Origin: Vitrella brassicaformis CCMP3155
Taxonomy: Eukaryota > Protista > Chromerida
Reading direction: 5' to 3'
DNA length: 64,000 nucleotides
Assembly: GCA_001179505.1 (NCBI GenBank)
Contig: CDMY01000214.1
Coordinates: forward strand, 101,961-165,960
Shown here: positions 35,011-48,242 of the stretch, piece by piece
How positions within the stretch are numbered: position 1 is the stretch's first letter
How the letters are laid out: each line of letters starts with the position of its first letter
The notes under the pieces: generated by a model
Databases searched by the model: none
What the model saw: the letters and a program-made list of their open reading frames with translations, nothing else
Told to the model about the DNA's origin: nothing
Translations under genes and position numbers: made by a program

Positions 35011-37319
35011 CTGATCGATGCCTGGCTGACCCATACACACCTACACACACATACAGGGAGGGCCCCTGGAGGGGGAGAGTGGGGAGATGTTTTTTCACCG
35101 TCCTGATAGACGGACGGATGGATCTATGGGTCGCTGGATGGGTGGAAGCTGGCCGTGGGTGTACGCACACATGGCAGAAGTGATGTGGTGTATCATAGAA
35201 CGATGGGGGCCATTCCCTCTCTCCGTCCCCTGCTGTAGCTCACCTGCTGTCTACCTATCTGAAAATATGCCTCTGTGGGTGTGTGTGCGAGAGAGCAGTG
35301 GAAAGAAAGTCTTTCACTCATGGCTGGATGGATGCGGCGTGGTTTAGACAACCCCCCGGCTCGGCTCACTCTGTGTCTGTCTGTCTCACTGTCTGGAGTC
35401 TGTCTGTCTGTATGTGTGTGTGTACCTATTTGTGTATGCCTGTCTGTCTATGTCTATGTCTATGTCTGTGTGTGTGTGTGTGTGTGAGGGATGATCGCAC
35501 TGGCTGGTTGATGGCTACGCCTGTGCAGCAGAGAGAGAGAGAGAGCGCCGAGGAGCGTGCCTGCATGTCTGTGCGTCCGTGTGTCCATCCATCGGTGGAC
35601 GGGTGGGCGGGGTGTGAGCATTTCTTTCTATCAATCACCACCAAATCCATGTTGGTCTCCGTGTGTGTGGCGTGGCGTCTTGTGCGTGTGGTGCCTCGTT
35701 CGTTCGTTCCTATTGTACAGCCAGTGACCGGCACTCAGACACTCAATGAGAGCCACTCACTGGGCGGATCCCAACAGAGAGACAGAGAGCGTTTCTTGCA
35801 TGGGGCGCTCAGGCAGGCAGGCAGCCATTGCTTCATCTTTTTCACCCGCAGCCCGTTCCGCCCACCCCGTTCATGCACGCAACGCACTGCACTCGTGTGT
35901 GTGTTGTGGTGGTTGTGTGTGTTGTGTTGTGTGCATGATCGATGTCTATTTTTCTGCCGGCAGCCCGCTGAGGCAGCTGAGCTCGCACCGGCCGTCCGTC
36001 AGTCATCGAATGATGAATGGAATGGGCCCCCATGACATTGACATGTACACAGACAGACAGATGCACCATCGGTGGTCATTTGAAGGAAGGGATGATTGTG
36101 GACGAGTGTCTTGTGTTGATCGATCTATGTGTATGCGGCTGGGTCGTTCGGCGGCTGTGGCGTCACTGATTGGCAGCACCGGACGCGACGCTGTTCATGT
36201 CACTGCTCCAATGGTGACAGGGACTTCGTTGCGGCCAGGTGCAGTCAATCGGTGCGCCACACCATACACAACAGACAGACGATATCCGTCCAGGCAGGCC
36301 ACATGACACATCCATTGATGCGTTTCGTTGTGTGCACTTCATGTGTGTCGCGACTGCACCCGTCCGGTCTCGGCGGCCGATTAGACCTGAGCAGCTTGCC
36401 CGCCCGCTCAGTGGTCTAATCTGTCGCGGCGCCTGGATGGACGAGCGCAGCGACATACGAAGGACACTCGCACACACACATGCAGTTAATGCCCGTCTGT
36501 CAGTCTATCTATCGCGCTCTGGTCACACACACACACACACACACAATCCCCTGTGCGTCTTTTGCCGTGCTGTGCTGATTTTTCTCCTCCATGTGTGTGT
36601 GTGTCTGTATGTGTCTGTCTCCGTGGCCGGTCTGTTTTTCAGTGCTCCTGTCTGTCTGTGTGCATCAGCACGCCACGCCCCTCGTCAGAGAGTCAGAGAC
36701 GAGGAATTTTCCTTTCGCCACCCACACACACACACACCGAGGGGACACCTGACTCCAGCATGAGCGTCTCGTCCCCTCCTGTCTGACTTGTGTGACTGTC
36801 TGTGTGGCTGCCTGCCTGTGTGTACTGTGGTACGTGTTGTGTGTGGCTGAGAAACAGAGAGAAGGGAGAAAGAGAGAGAGACTTCCGATGGTGCTGTCTG
36901 TGTGCGTCAGTGTGTTGTGCGGTCTGTGCAACTTTTTTCCAGTGCCTTTGGTGGATGGAGAGCGATGAGAGATCGCCACACACACGCAGAGAGAGAGAGA
37001 AAGAGAGAGACGAGGGCCATTTGACTGACTGACTGACTGACGAGCATTTTGTGTGGGGACATCGAGATCGATCGTATCATCGAAGCAACAACACAAAACA
37101 CCTCTCGCAAAGACAATGACGACTCGGTTAGCTCACCACTAGGGTTCATCGCCACTAGGGTTCGATAAACCCTACACCCCAGCTCGGGAAGACCACAGGG
37201 GTTACAGGGGGTTAGGGTTTCCGGAGTGCATCCACCGCGCCAAGGACCAACCAACCAACCAAGGAAGAGCAAACGGGGAGTTCGCGATGGAAATAGTATG
37301 CGAGATGTCGGGCAACTAG

Positions 37320-38713
37320 ATGTCGGGGATGCGGTTGAAGATTGTCATGGACGAGGCCTCTGTGCCGCTGGACGCCAGCCAGGAGCACAGATATCGGGAG
37401 CCCTTCATTCTGGTCCCCAGTGAGCTGACCAACGTCGGGTAAGAAACAAAGAGGGAGGAGCGGTGCACACGCAGCCGGCCATGTCCTTCTGTCTGTCTCT
37501 CTGTATGGCTGACTCTCCAGGGAGTTGGAATCGCACCTGCAGAACAAGTACGATTTCCTCGCTGCCCCGAATGTCCTGTATCTGTCGGTGAAGGGAGCCG
37601 TGGTGGACTCGAAACAGCCACTGGCTATCTTCCGCGACGAAGATGTGGTCAAGTGAGCATGTGATGATACTGCATGTGAAGAAGGCACTCTCCCTTCGCT
37701 GCCTGCCCTTTGTGTGTGGTCAGGGTTCACATCAAGAAGGAGGGCGGACCGGTCAGGCCAGGCGGTCAGGGATCGCGTGATCTCTCTGCGATGGCGGGGA
37801 TGCGGCTTCGCATTCTCATGAACGAGGCCTCTGCGTGGGTCAGGGATCGCGTGATCTCTCTGCGATGGCGGGGATGCGGCTTCGCATTCTCATGAACGAG
37901 GCCTCTGTGCCGCTGGACGCCACCCAGGAGTACCAATATCGGAAGATTTTCATTCTGGTCCCTAGCGAGCTGACCAACGTGGGGTAAGAAACAAAGAGGG
38001 AGCCATGTGTCTATTCATCCATGTGTCTGTCGGTCTCTCCGTCTGTTTCTCTCTCTGTCCGTTCGCCTGCCTGTGTCGGTCTCTTTAGGGAGTTGAAATC
38101 GTACCTGCAGGACAAGTACGACTTCCTCGCTGCCCCGAATGTCCTGTGTCTGTCGGTGAAGGGAGCCGTGGTGCCCTCGGAAGAGCCATTGACTTTCATC
38201 CGCGACGAAACTGTGGTCAGGTGAGCGTCTGACGATACTGCACGTGAAGAAGGCACTCTCCCTTCGCTGCCTGCCCTTTGTGTGTGGTCAGGGTTCACAT
38301 CAGACCTCAAGTCGCTGAGGAGAAAGGCGAGGCGCAGACGGAGGTCGAGTCCGACGATGAGCAATCCGACGCCACTGAGTCCGACGAGGACGACGACTTC
38401 ACCAAGACGCTCGACAAGGTGCTTGACTGGTTCAAGAAGAACAGCGACGCCATCGCCAGGCTCAGACGGCCTGGTTCTTGTCAGATAATGAGGTACAGTG
38501 AGTAATACCAAGGACAAACAGCTGGCCACTGTGTCTTGTCGGTCTCAGTACTTCTGGGGCGTGGCTTCGAGGATTGTTTCGCTCGTCGCATTAATCTCGT
38601 CCGTCACCATCATCTTCCTGCTCACCGACCCGCTCAAGTCGGAGTGGCAGACCATCGCCGTCGTCGGCGCATTGGTGTTCAACTTCTTCGTCACGTTCGT
38701 CGTGCGATACTAG
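37320..38713 (+). CDS. Two tandem ~85-aa domains resembling the coilin N-terminal (ubiquitin-like) domain, then an acidic stretch and a probable two-TM exon
   Basis: Copy 1 reads MSGMRLKIVMDEAS..FILVPSELTNVG|ELESHLQNKYDF..LYLSVKGAVVDSKQPLAIFRDEDVVK|V. Copy 2 reads MAGMRLRILMNEAS..IFILVPSELTNVG|ELKSYLQDKYDF..LCLSVKGAVVPSEEPLTFIRDETVVR|V, with identical intron positions. The coilin similarity (MRLRL..; L.v.g..l...e....irD.d.v.V) is by eye. Confidence 0.55.
37764..37907. repeat. 70-bp perfect direct repeat with 74-bp period inside coding sequence
   Basis: ggtcagggatcgcgtgatctctctgcgatggcggggatgcggcttcgcattctcatgaacgaggcctctg occurs at 37764 and 37838. Confidence 0.95.
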
Positions 38714-40109
38714 CTGTGGGACTTCACTAGTCGCCGTTCATGACGCTGCTTACGGCGAGTCTGGGGGACTGAGACGACGACGGAGATCTCTCCGCGTCAC
38801 CCAGGTGCTCGCCAAGAAAGAGGGCGAGGCGGAGGACGGCAGAGAAGAAAGCGATAGCGCCACCGCCAGCGAGAGTCAGCCTCTCCTGCACTGACCGCCT
38901 CTATCCTTCCCTCAGCACCCCCGCAAACATCATCAGCGGCAAGGCCTTCAGCTGCAGACGACTCACCGTCAGCGATAGCGGCTCAGAAGAGAACAAGACA
39001 TCGTCCGGTACCCCAAGAACCAAGACGGGCGATACGGTGACACCGACATTTAGTTGCGGCCGTATGTGTGAATGGTTGATCGAGTCAATTGGCAGTGGCT
39101 GGGGGTGGGCGGGAAGGCCCACCCTAGGCGGGCCGTCTGCAGCTTGACAAGCAGGCCAACATCGGACGCACCCCCCTCGAAGCCCAGCCCCGCCTTGGTG
39201 GTGGGGAGAGAGAGAGGGGGGAGTTGGGTGCGTCATAGTGCATAGTGCATGACGCTGATACCTGGCCTGCTGGCCTATAGTAGTATATGGTTGTGGGGCG
39301 GTGACCAATGGACCGACTGTTTTTTCTTTTTTGCTCTCTGTGGTACGAACAGTGGAAAGTGCGTGCGTCTCGTCCCTTCCTCTGTCTGTCTGTCTGCATG
39401 TGTCGTGCCGTGACGTCTTGTGCGTGGCTGTGTGTCTTTGATGGATGGATGGAGAGCGTTGAGGGATCAGGAGACACACACACATACAGACAGGAGAGAG
39501 ATGATTGAGTGCAATTTGAAAGACTGGCTGACTTCGCCGAGAACGAACCCACAGAGCCACCACGCAGCCCCGTGAGGCAGCACACAAGACAAAAACAGCC
39601 CTCTCTCTCTCCCTCGCTCTTTCTCTCGCTGTTCGTCCTTTTCGCAATGGGCGGCGGTGTGCTCTGATGCAATGTCGGTGTCGGCCATCGCCCTCTCGTC
39701 GACTCACACGCAGCCGACGAGAGAGTCATGGACGACACCAATGACACATCACGGCACAGCCACTACGACGACACACCAAAAGCACCAGATATCACTCACT
39801 CACTCGCTGTCAGCAGTTCTCTTCCTAGCTGTTCCGCCACGCGCATAGGCCTGTCTGTCCGCATGTACCCATGGCATCGCTGGTGTGTTTTCGTCCCGCG
39901 GCTGGTGACGTGTGACGGCCTCTCGCAATGACAGAGAGACCATCAGACGTCACCTGTCACGGCTCGAGAACAGCCCAGCTATGTCATGATCGGCACACTC
40001 ATGCACCCGTTTCGCTGTCACTTAGTCTATCGACAACCACCACCGTAAAGGAGGTGCCACACGTATCCACAAGAGGACACCACACGACAAACGCGGCCAG
40101 CCAAGAGAC

Positions 40110-40791
40110 TCATTCAGAATTTGATGCTGCGGTCTCCGTGTCTTCTGTTGGCCGCCAGAAGGGGTTGTCACGCACGCGGAAGGCAAGGGAGCACGACGGA
40201 CAGCAAAACACGTCATAACCCTACACACAATACACACACAAGTCCCACACAGGTCCAGACAGACACACAGGTCGCTCGGGTGTGTGTGGCATGGCACCCA
40301 CCTGCAGCAGTTCGTCCAGGCCGATATCGACAACGTCCCCACACCGACAAAGCCACGCATAACACGCCCTCCCATCGCTCTTACCCGACGGCACCGATTG
40401 CCGCACGTCAAGCAGGTCAGCAAAAGCCACCTCAGTCGCATTCGCGTGCTCACCAGCTGCAAACAAAAAACAATCAAGCCAGACAGATCCCGTCAACATC
40501 TGGCTCTCTTTGCCTACCAGCCTGTGTCAGATCCCACTGTGCCCGGCTCTTGTTGTCCCTCAGCTTCTCGAAGGCCTGCTGCAGCCGCTGGAACCGGCCG
40601 TGGCCACCGAGTGGCCGCTTGTCGGGGTGGCACTGACGCGCCTGTGAGAGGTAGGCCTGCCGGATGGCGGCGAACGTGGCAGTGCGGGACACGCCGAGCA
40701 CATCGTAGGGACTTATGTGTGGGGGGGATGACGACGATGAGGATGGCGAAGATGCGTTCTCTCGTGCTGCAGCGGTGGCGCCGTCAGTCAT
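40110..40791 (-). CDS. DPH4: Diphthamide biosynthesis protein 4 (J-domain + CSL zinc finger), 3 exons
   Basis: J domain PYDVLGV..AYLSQARQCHPDK..FQRLQQAFEKL, then YAWLCRCGD..|GYDVFCCPSCSL (CSL Zn finger); TGA at 40110-40112. Confidence 0.9.
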
Positions 40792-41000
40792 GGCTCATGG
40801 GAGTCTCGGGGCGACTCCCCTTCTCACTTGCGATCACTGGAGGTCAAGCTCGCAAATGACAAGAGGTCGACGAAGATGGTGCTGTTCTGTAATGTGACTC
40901 AGCAGGGCGGCCATCAACAGCAGAGGCGCATCCTGATCAGAAAAAAGGAGGAGATGAGGATCACGAAGTGACCTGCCTCACTCGTCGAGTCGACAACAAG

Positions 41001-44000
41001 ATGCAGCCGTCGACCTACCTGCATCTCTCGTCGGCCCTCCTGCTGGCCCTGACCAACATCTACGAGGCGCTCTCGGCATACATCCCCTCGTATGCGGCCT
41101 ATCACGACGACTGCAGAAGCACCTTCATCACGCCAGCTTTGCTGCCGAGGAAGGCCAGGCGGACGAGAAGAGTCGGGGTGGACGAGTGGCTGCCGACGGG
41201 CAATGCAAGGGCGTCGCCGAGGGTGTCTTCGTCTGCCGTGTCACTGTGTGCTAAGAAGAAGCGCAAGGACATGTCTGAGGTGGCTGCCGCGGCAATGGCC
41301 AAGCTGAAAGAGCTCGACGACAACAAGGAGGCCACCGAGGTCAGTCAGTGAGATGATGCAATCGAGGGAGGCATGGACGGCTGATTGGTCATCTTGTTGT
41401 TGTGTTGTGTGTTGTGTGTGTCAGGCTGCCCCTAGCACGGTCCAGGTGGAGGAAGCAGATGTGTTTGCGCTCCTCGATGCAGAAGAGGACGACAAGAAGG
41501 TTGGTGGCACACACACAGCAGCCAGCCTGCCCGCGACCTGTGTATGCCAACCACTGTGTGTGTGTGTGTGTGTGTGTGTGCACAGAGCCGCCGCAAGGCC
41601 CGCAAGGCGGCCCGTGCTGCACGGGCGGGTGCATTCATCCCGCCCGAAGAGATCATGGGCAGCTCTCCACCACCTGAGCAGCCGTCCGCTGCTTCGCCCT
41701 CCCCGTCCCCCTCTCCCTCCTCCCTCTCTCCCTCCGATTCCCCCGCCCCATCAGAAGCAGCATCGTCAGCGGCATTGTCAGCGGATGGTGGTGCATCCCC
41801 CCCTACCCCTGCCACAGAGGCACCCACCCCCGCCCCTCTTTCATCACAACAAGCAGATGATCCCCCAGTGTCATCGTCACACGGCAGGAGGAATAAAGGC
41901 CGGCAGAGGAATAAGAGAAAGGAGCTCCAAGTGGACCTCGAGCCCACATCGGCTGTTGCTACATCCGCTGTGGCTGTGGCTGTGGCTGACGAGCCGCCAC
42001 CTGCTGTGGCGCCATCAGTGTCATCAGCACCCTCTTCCCCCATCACTCTAGAGGCTATTCAGGCGCTGGAAAGACAGCGGGAAGAAGAGCAGCAGCAGCA
42101 GCAGCAGCAGGAGGCCGCCGCTGTGGTGGATCAGCAATATCAGGAGAGTGAGGCTGCGGTTGGGAGTGGCGTGGGGGTAGTGGCTCCACCTCAGGAGCGT
42201 CCAAGTTGGCTGGAGGAGCTGGACCCCGCCAAGCTGCTCGCCAAGGAACAAGAGGAGACGGACAAGGAAGCGGCGGAGAAGCACCAACAAGACGAAGAAA
42301 AGAGGGAAACCGCCTCCCAGCCATCTCCCTCTCCCTCTCCCCCCCAGCCTCAGTATCGGCGGCCGCTCATCAGTCTCGATGACGACGACGACGCCGATGC
42401 TGAGGGCAGCAGCAGCAGCTCGCTCCTGTCCCCCTTCTCTGACGCCGGCAGACGCCCCCGGTCGTTCAACAGGCCCCACCCAGTCACACCTATCGCATCA
42501 GGGTAGCTATAACACACACACACAGACACACACACAAGAAAGGTGCGTTTGTTGATCCATCCATCTATGTGTGTCGCGTGTGTGTGGTTGGGATAATGGC
42601 GAGCAGGCAGGCCCAACCGCCACCACCACGCTGGGCGCAGGCGCCGCGGAACAGGCGGGTCATCCGACTGGACGATGAGGAGGAAGACGACTCACCCCAC
42701 CCCCCATCGCCAGCACCCATCCCCCCCGCATCCTCCTCCTCCTATGAGTCGATCGAGCAGCAGCAGCCGTACGCCTTCCGTCGGCCGAGGAGGGTGATCC
42801 GTTTGGACGACGATGAGGACGAGGGGGACGAGGCGTACGCGAAGAGCATGGGGCCGGCGTACCACCAAAGGGGGTATGGGGGGGGCGCCTACAGGAGCCC
42901 GTATGGCTATGGCGCCTATGGTTATGGCCAGTATGGTGGCTATGGGCAGTATGGAGGTTATGGACAGTATGGGTACCCACCAACACCTGAACAGCAGCGG
43001 CAGCAGCAGGAGGGGGCTGACGACGCCGCAGGAGAGGAAGACGAAAATGGCAATGGAACAAAGTGAGCTGGCGCGGCAAAACAAACACACACACACACAC
43101 ACACACATGTCCATCTCTGCGTTGATGCAGAAGGAAAAAGCGGCTCTTCTCCGGACGGAAAAAAGATGGCAAGAAAAAGGCCGATGAGCAAGCCGACCAG
43201 ATGCAGCAGCAGCAGCAGCCCTCGCCCTACGGCTACTACGGCTACGGGTATGGCTACAGCGGCTACTCGCCCTCGCCATACGGCTACACGGCATACGCAG
43301 GGTACACGGGCTACATGACGCCCACACAACCCCAGCAGACTCAGACACAGCAGCAGTATCCTGCATACGGATACCCCTACGCCGACCAGCAGGTTTACGC
43401 GCACACCAACACACACATTAATGGATGGAGGCAACCATTTCTCAATCTCTGTGTGTGTGTGTGTGAAGGTTGGCGAGGAGGGCGATCGTGAGCGGTATGA
43501 GGGCGCTGCTGGCAAGATCGACGTGGGCCTTGACGAGGATGAGGATGACGAGGGAGAGATGGAGGGAGAGGCCAGAGAGAAGAAGGGCAAGGTACGCGGT
43601 GAAACGCACACAAGGAGAGGGGCCTACCAGTGCATCCACCTGTTTGTGCGTTGCCTGGTGTGTCTGTCGTCAGTTTCGCCGCACAGTGGGCGCAGCCCGT
43701 GTGCAGCCCCTCTCAGACTCGGTCGGTACACACATGCATTCTCCCCAAGCACACAGACAGAGAGAGACCTGTGTGCCTGTGCCTTCCTTGTTTGTTGCAG
43801 AAGCAGCCCGACCAGGTCTCGATCCGCCTCAACAAGATCCGCATCTCGTTCAGGAACCAGGAGGTCCTCAAGGACGCCTCGTGGGAGGTCCGCACGGGCG
43901 ACCGCGTCGGCCTGGTCGGCCCCAACGGCGGCGGCAAGACCACTCAGCTCAAGATCATCGCTGGCGAGCTGGAAGCAATGGGTGGACAGGTCGGTGATCT

Positions 44001-46983
44001 CCCCCCTCCCTCCCTCCCCTGCACACAGGAGAGAGACAGAGCGAGAGAGATACATGGGGTGACACGTGTGTGTTGTGGTGTGTGTGGTGGTGGTCAGGTG
44101 GTCAAGTCGCCCTCCGACCTTCGGGTGGCGTTTCTGCGTCAGGAGTTCATAGAGGATTTGGTGGACAGCCGGACGCTCAAGGAGGAGCTCATGGCGGTGT
44201 TCGACAAGGAGCTGCAAGTACTCAACGACATCCGACAGGTAGGGTACCCGTCCCCTTCCCCCCAACACACACGCAGAGAGAGGGAGAGAGAGACAGAGAG
44301 GACAACACACACAGAGATGCCAACACACTGTCTGCGCTTTTCCCCGTCCGTCCACCTACCCATCCATCAGATGGAGCACCGCGTCTCGGAGCTGGGCCAG
44401 TCGGGCGACATCTCGGCGATGAACCCCCTTTTGCAGCAGCTGTCCAAGCTGCAGGAGCAGGCCGAGGCCCTCGAGGCGTACGAGGTGGACACCAAGGTGG
44501 CAAAGGTGGTCAGCATGATGGGCTTCGCCGACGACGATGTGGACCAGCTGGTCAAGAGCTTCTCGGGCGGGTGGAAGATGCGGATTGGACTGGGGAAGCT
44601 GCTGCTCAAGGTGAGAAAGAGGGAGAGGGAGAGAGGGGGGGGTGGGGAGGGAGGGAGGGAGGGAGACGAAGCGCCTGTTTCCCTCCAATGCGCGCTTTCC
44701 TTCTGCCCTGTCTATCTCCCATAGGACCCCAACGTCTTGCTGCTGGACGAGCCGACCAACCATCTTGACCTCGAGTCCGTCGAGTGGATCGAGAAGTTCC
44801 TCCGCAACAGCCGCATCCCCATGGTCATCGTATCGCACGACAGAGAGTTCCTCAACAGGGTCTGCACCAAGATCGTCGACACCGAGGCGGGATACACCAT
44901 CTCATATGACGGCAACTACAGGTGCGCTGCTGCGTCTTGGTGTGTGTTGCCATCCGTGCATCCATCCATCCATCCGTCCGCGTTTGTCTCTGTGGTGTGG
45001 TGTGATGTGTGCAGTTTGTTCCAGAAGTTGCGGACGCAGCGGCTTGACGCGTGGGATAAGGCGTACGAGCGGCAGCAGAAGCAGATTCAGGACGACAGGG
45101 CGCTCATCGCCCAGTACAGAGGCAACCCTGCCATGGCAAACGTGGTAAGTATCCACACCCCTCCCTCCCTCCCTTTCCCTCTCTCCCTCTCCATCTGTTC
45201 ATACCTCCCTGTGTGTATGTGTATGTGTTTGTGCAGGCCAAGCAGAAGGAGCGTGCCTTGGAGAAGCTGCTCGAGAGTGACGACCTCATTCCCCGGCCGC
45301 CAAAGACGGTCTCGCCATTCCGATTCAGGTTTCCCCCCGCGCCCAAGACTGTCGAGGAAGTGGTCCATCTGGAGGATGTGACGCACGGCTACTCGCCCGA
45401 CAGCATGGGCAACCTGCAGATGAAGCTTCTTGACGAGGTGGACCTCTCGGTCAGACACGACGAACGAATCGCCATACTCGGACCTAACGGGGTGAGTACA
45501 TCAGCCACACACACATGGAGAGGAACAATATATGTGTTTGGATGGGTGTCATCCTTCATTCCTTCGTTAGGTGGGCAAGTCGACCCTGCTGCGTCTCATA
45601 TTGGGTTTGGAGAAGCCCGTCAGGGGCACGGCGGAGATCAAGGGGGCCAGCACAATCGTCAACTACTTCGAACAAAACCAGGTTCGTCCCTCTGTGTGCA
45701 CACACGTACGCCTGGGATGTTTCTCAATGGGGGTGTGTGTCGGTGCTTTGTGTATCAGGCTGATGCGTTGGATCTCAACAGGACGGCCCTGCAGACCATC
45801 ATGGAGGTCAATGACGCCGACGAATACGCCACACGGCAGGAAAAACGATTCTCGCCACAGGTACCTCCCTACCGCAGCACAACCAACACACAAGACACCC
45901 ATGGACGGATGGATGGACGCCTGTGTGTCAGGATATCCGGGATCTCTTGGCGCGTTTCATGTTCCGAGGAGAGGATGTGCACAAGCCTGTGGCTGTGCTC
46001 AGCGGCGGCGAGAAGGCGCGGCTGGCTCTGTGCAAGATGCTGCTGCGTCCGTGCAACCTGCTGATCCTGGACGAGCCGACCAACCACCTGGACATTCCCG
46101 CCAAGGAGATGCTCGAGGAGGCCATCCAGAACTACCCCGGGGCGCTTGTGGTCGTGTCGCATGACAGATACTTCGTCTCACAGGTGCGTGTGTCGATGTA
46201 TGTGTGCATGTGTGTGTGGGAGGGGGAAGTACCCAGCCCATGTGCTGTGTGTGTGGGGGGGGCAGGTGTCCAACACGATATTGACCATCGAGAACGGGCA
46301 GCTGGTCAAGTATGCGATGGACTACAAGAGCTACATGGACCAGCACGGGTCGCTCAAGGAGAAGGTTGAGGCACGATATGTGGACAAGGGCATCACCAAC
46401 GCGCCGGACGTCGTGTAAGCACCCCAACATGGACCCACCCACCCACCCNNNNNNNNNNNNNNNNNNNNNNNNNNNNNNNNNNNNNNNNNNNNNNNNNNNN
46501 NNNNNNNNNNNNNNNNNNNNNNNNNNNNNNNNNNNNNNNNNNNNNNNNNNNNNNNNNNNNNNNNNNNNNNNNNNNNNNNNNNNNNNNNNNNNNNNNNNNN
46601 NNNNNNNNNNNNNNNNNNNNNNNNNNNNNNNNNNNNNNNNNNNNNNNNNNNNNNNNNNNNNNNNNNNNNNNNNNNNNNNNNNNNNNNNNNNNNNNNNNNN
46701 NNNNNNNNNNNNNNNNNNNNNNNNNNNNNNNNNNNNNNNNNNNNNNNNCCCACCCCCCCCCCCCCCCACACACACAGAGAGAGAGAGCGACACACGCAGA
46801 CATCCGTCCCAATGCACCAATCCCTCTCCCTATCTGTGTGTGCGATTGTGTAGGTTGGAGCGTGGCGGCATTCAGAAGAAGGAGGAGGCTGAGCGCACCA
46901 TAAAGCGCAAGAGGACATTCGGCGGACAGGGGCCATCAGGCAGGTCAAAGGAGAAAAACGCAAAGAGGTGGAACAAACGGTAG
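41001..46983 (+). CDS. ABCF: ABC-F family ATPase (EttA/ABCF-type) with a bipartite plastid-like presequence and a very long low-complexity N-terminal insert
   Basis: First cassette [40 protein letters not shown]. Second cassette ILGPNG|[30 protein letters not shown]. No TM domains. Exons from [17 protein letters not shown] (41001) to the first cassette (43801) splice in frame. Confidence 0.92.
46449..46748. other. Assembly gap (300 N) inside the last ABC-F intron
   Basis: Run of N flanked by CCCA/C-rich tracts. Confidence 0.99.
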
Positions 46984-47997
46984 ATTAGATCGATGACATT
47001 CTGCCATATATCGGCTGCTGCCGACGCTGACGGGTCGAGGGGGGGCAGATAGGCAGGCAGGCAGGCTGACAGCCAGCCAGCCAGCCACACGCACACCGCA
47101 CACCACAGACAGGGGGGGGCGGCTGGCGGTTTTTTGGCAGAGCATTGCTGGCCGCAAGAACGAGGGTGTGCAGTTTACAGAGATGGGCGTGTGTATGGCC
47201 GTCGTGTGGCCGTCGCGATCGATGTGTATGTTTCCTCGTCTCTGTTCCAGCGAGAGAGACGGTTTTGCCTTTCCGGATGTATGGGCGGGTGGTGTGCCAA
47301 TGAAGTGGCGGTGATCGGAAGGGTGGATGGGTCTTTCTGCAGAAAGGACAGACAGGAATTTTTCACCAACCCCCCCCCTGGTCAGGTGAATACGGATAGT
47401 TGTCTTCTTTCTTCCTCTCTCTCTCTCTCTCTGTCTCTCTCCCCCATCTCCTCGTTTCGTGTGTGTGTGTGTGTGAGTGGAAGTGAAGTGCATGGGTCGG
47501 ACAGACAATGAGGGAGTCTGACACTGAATGAATGTACCACTGCGTATAAGAAAAGTGACTAACGTCTGTCCGTTTTTTGTGTTTTCGCACACAGGTTCAA
47601 AGCGGAAAAGGCTTGAAGCAATGGGAACAACCAATGTCTGTGTCGTGACAGCATTTCGTATTCCGCTCGAGGTCAGCGGAGTACATTCACATTCATGACG
47701 TCTTGCACTCACCACGAGTGAGTACACATGGACAAGCTGACATCTGTGCAATCGATCGTGAGAGACAAGTCGCGACAATCCTCATCCTCACACGCGTGAG
47801 CATACATACGTACATAGTCCGTCCTTCGTTCCTATTGTACATGAAAATGCACCTATCTATTTGCGTGTACACGCAGAAAAAAGGCCTTCCCTTCTCATGA
47901 CTGCAAAAACACCGCCAACCGCTGCCCAAACCGCTCAGCAGCCTACACACACCAAACCACACCACAGGCCAGTCGCGTGCACACATGCGTACTTCCA

Positions 47998-48208
47998 TCA
48001 TAGACAGACATGGGTGGTATTGCTCACCGAGAAGAGCGACTTGGTGGTTGTTATATCACTGTTCCCCTGCTGCTGTAGACTAAGTGCCGCCTGCTGCTCG
48101 CGCAGCTCACTGATGGCTTCATCAGTGGCCGCCTGACGCTCGTGGATGTCAGCCATCTCTCTCTTTCGAGCGATGTCCTGCGCAAGAGCCAACTGCTCAT
48201 TCTACACA

Positions 48209-48242
<34 letters not shown>

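Noticed and set aside
35010-37130. ORFs such as 35283..36035 and 36239..36763
   Set aside because: This is microsatellite-rich UTR or intergenic DNA with no coherent exon chain.
38901-39750. Possible small minus-strand gene (..QLNVGVTVSPVLVLGVPDDVLF..)
   Set aside because: The exon chain could not be resolved and no family was recognised.
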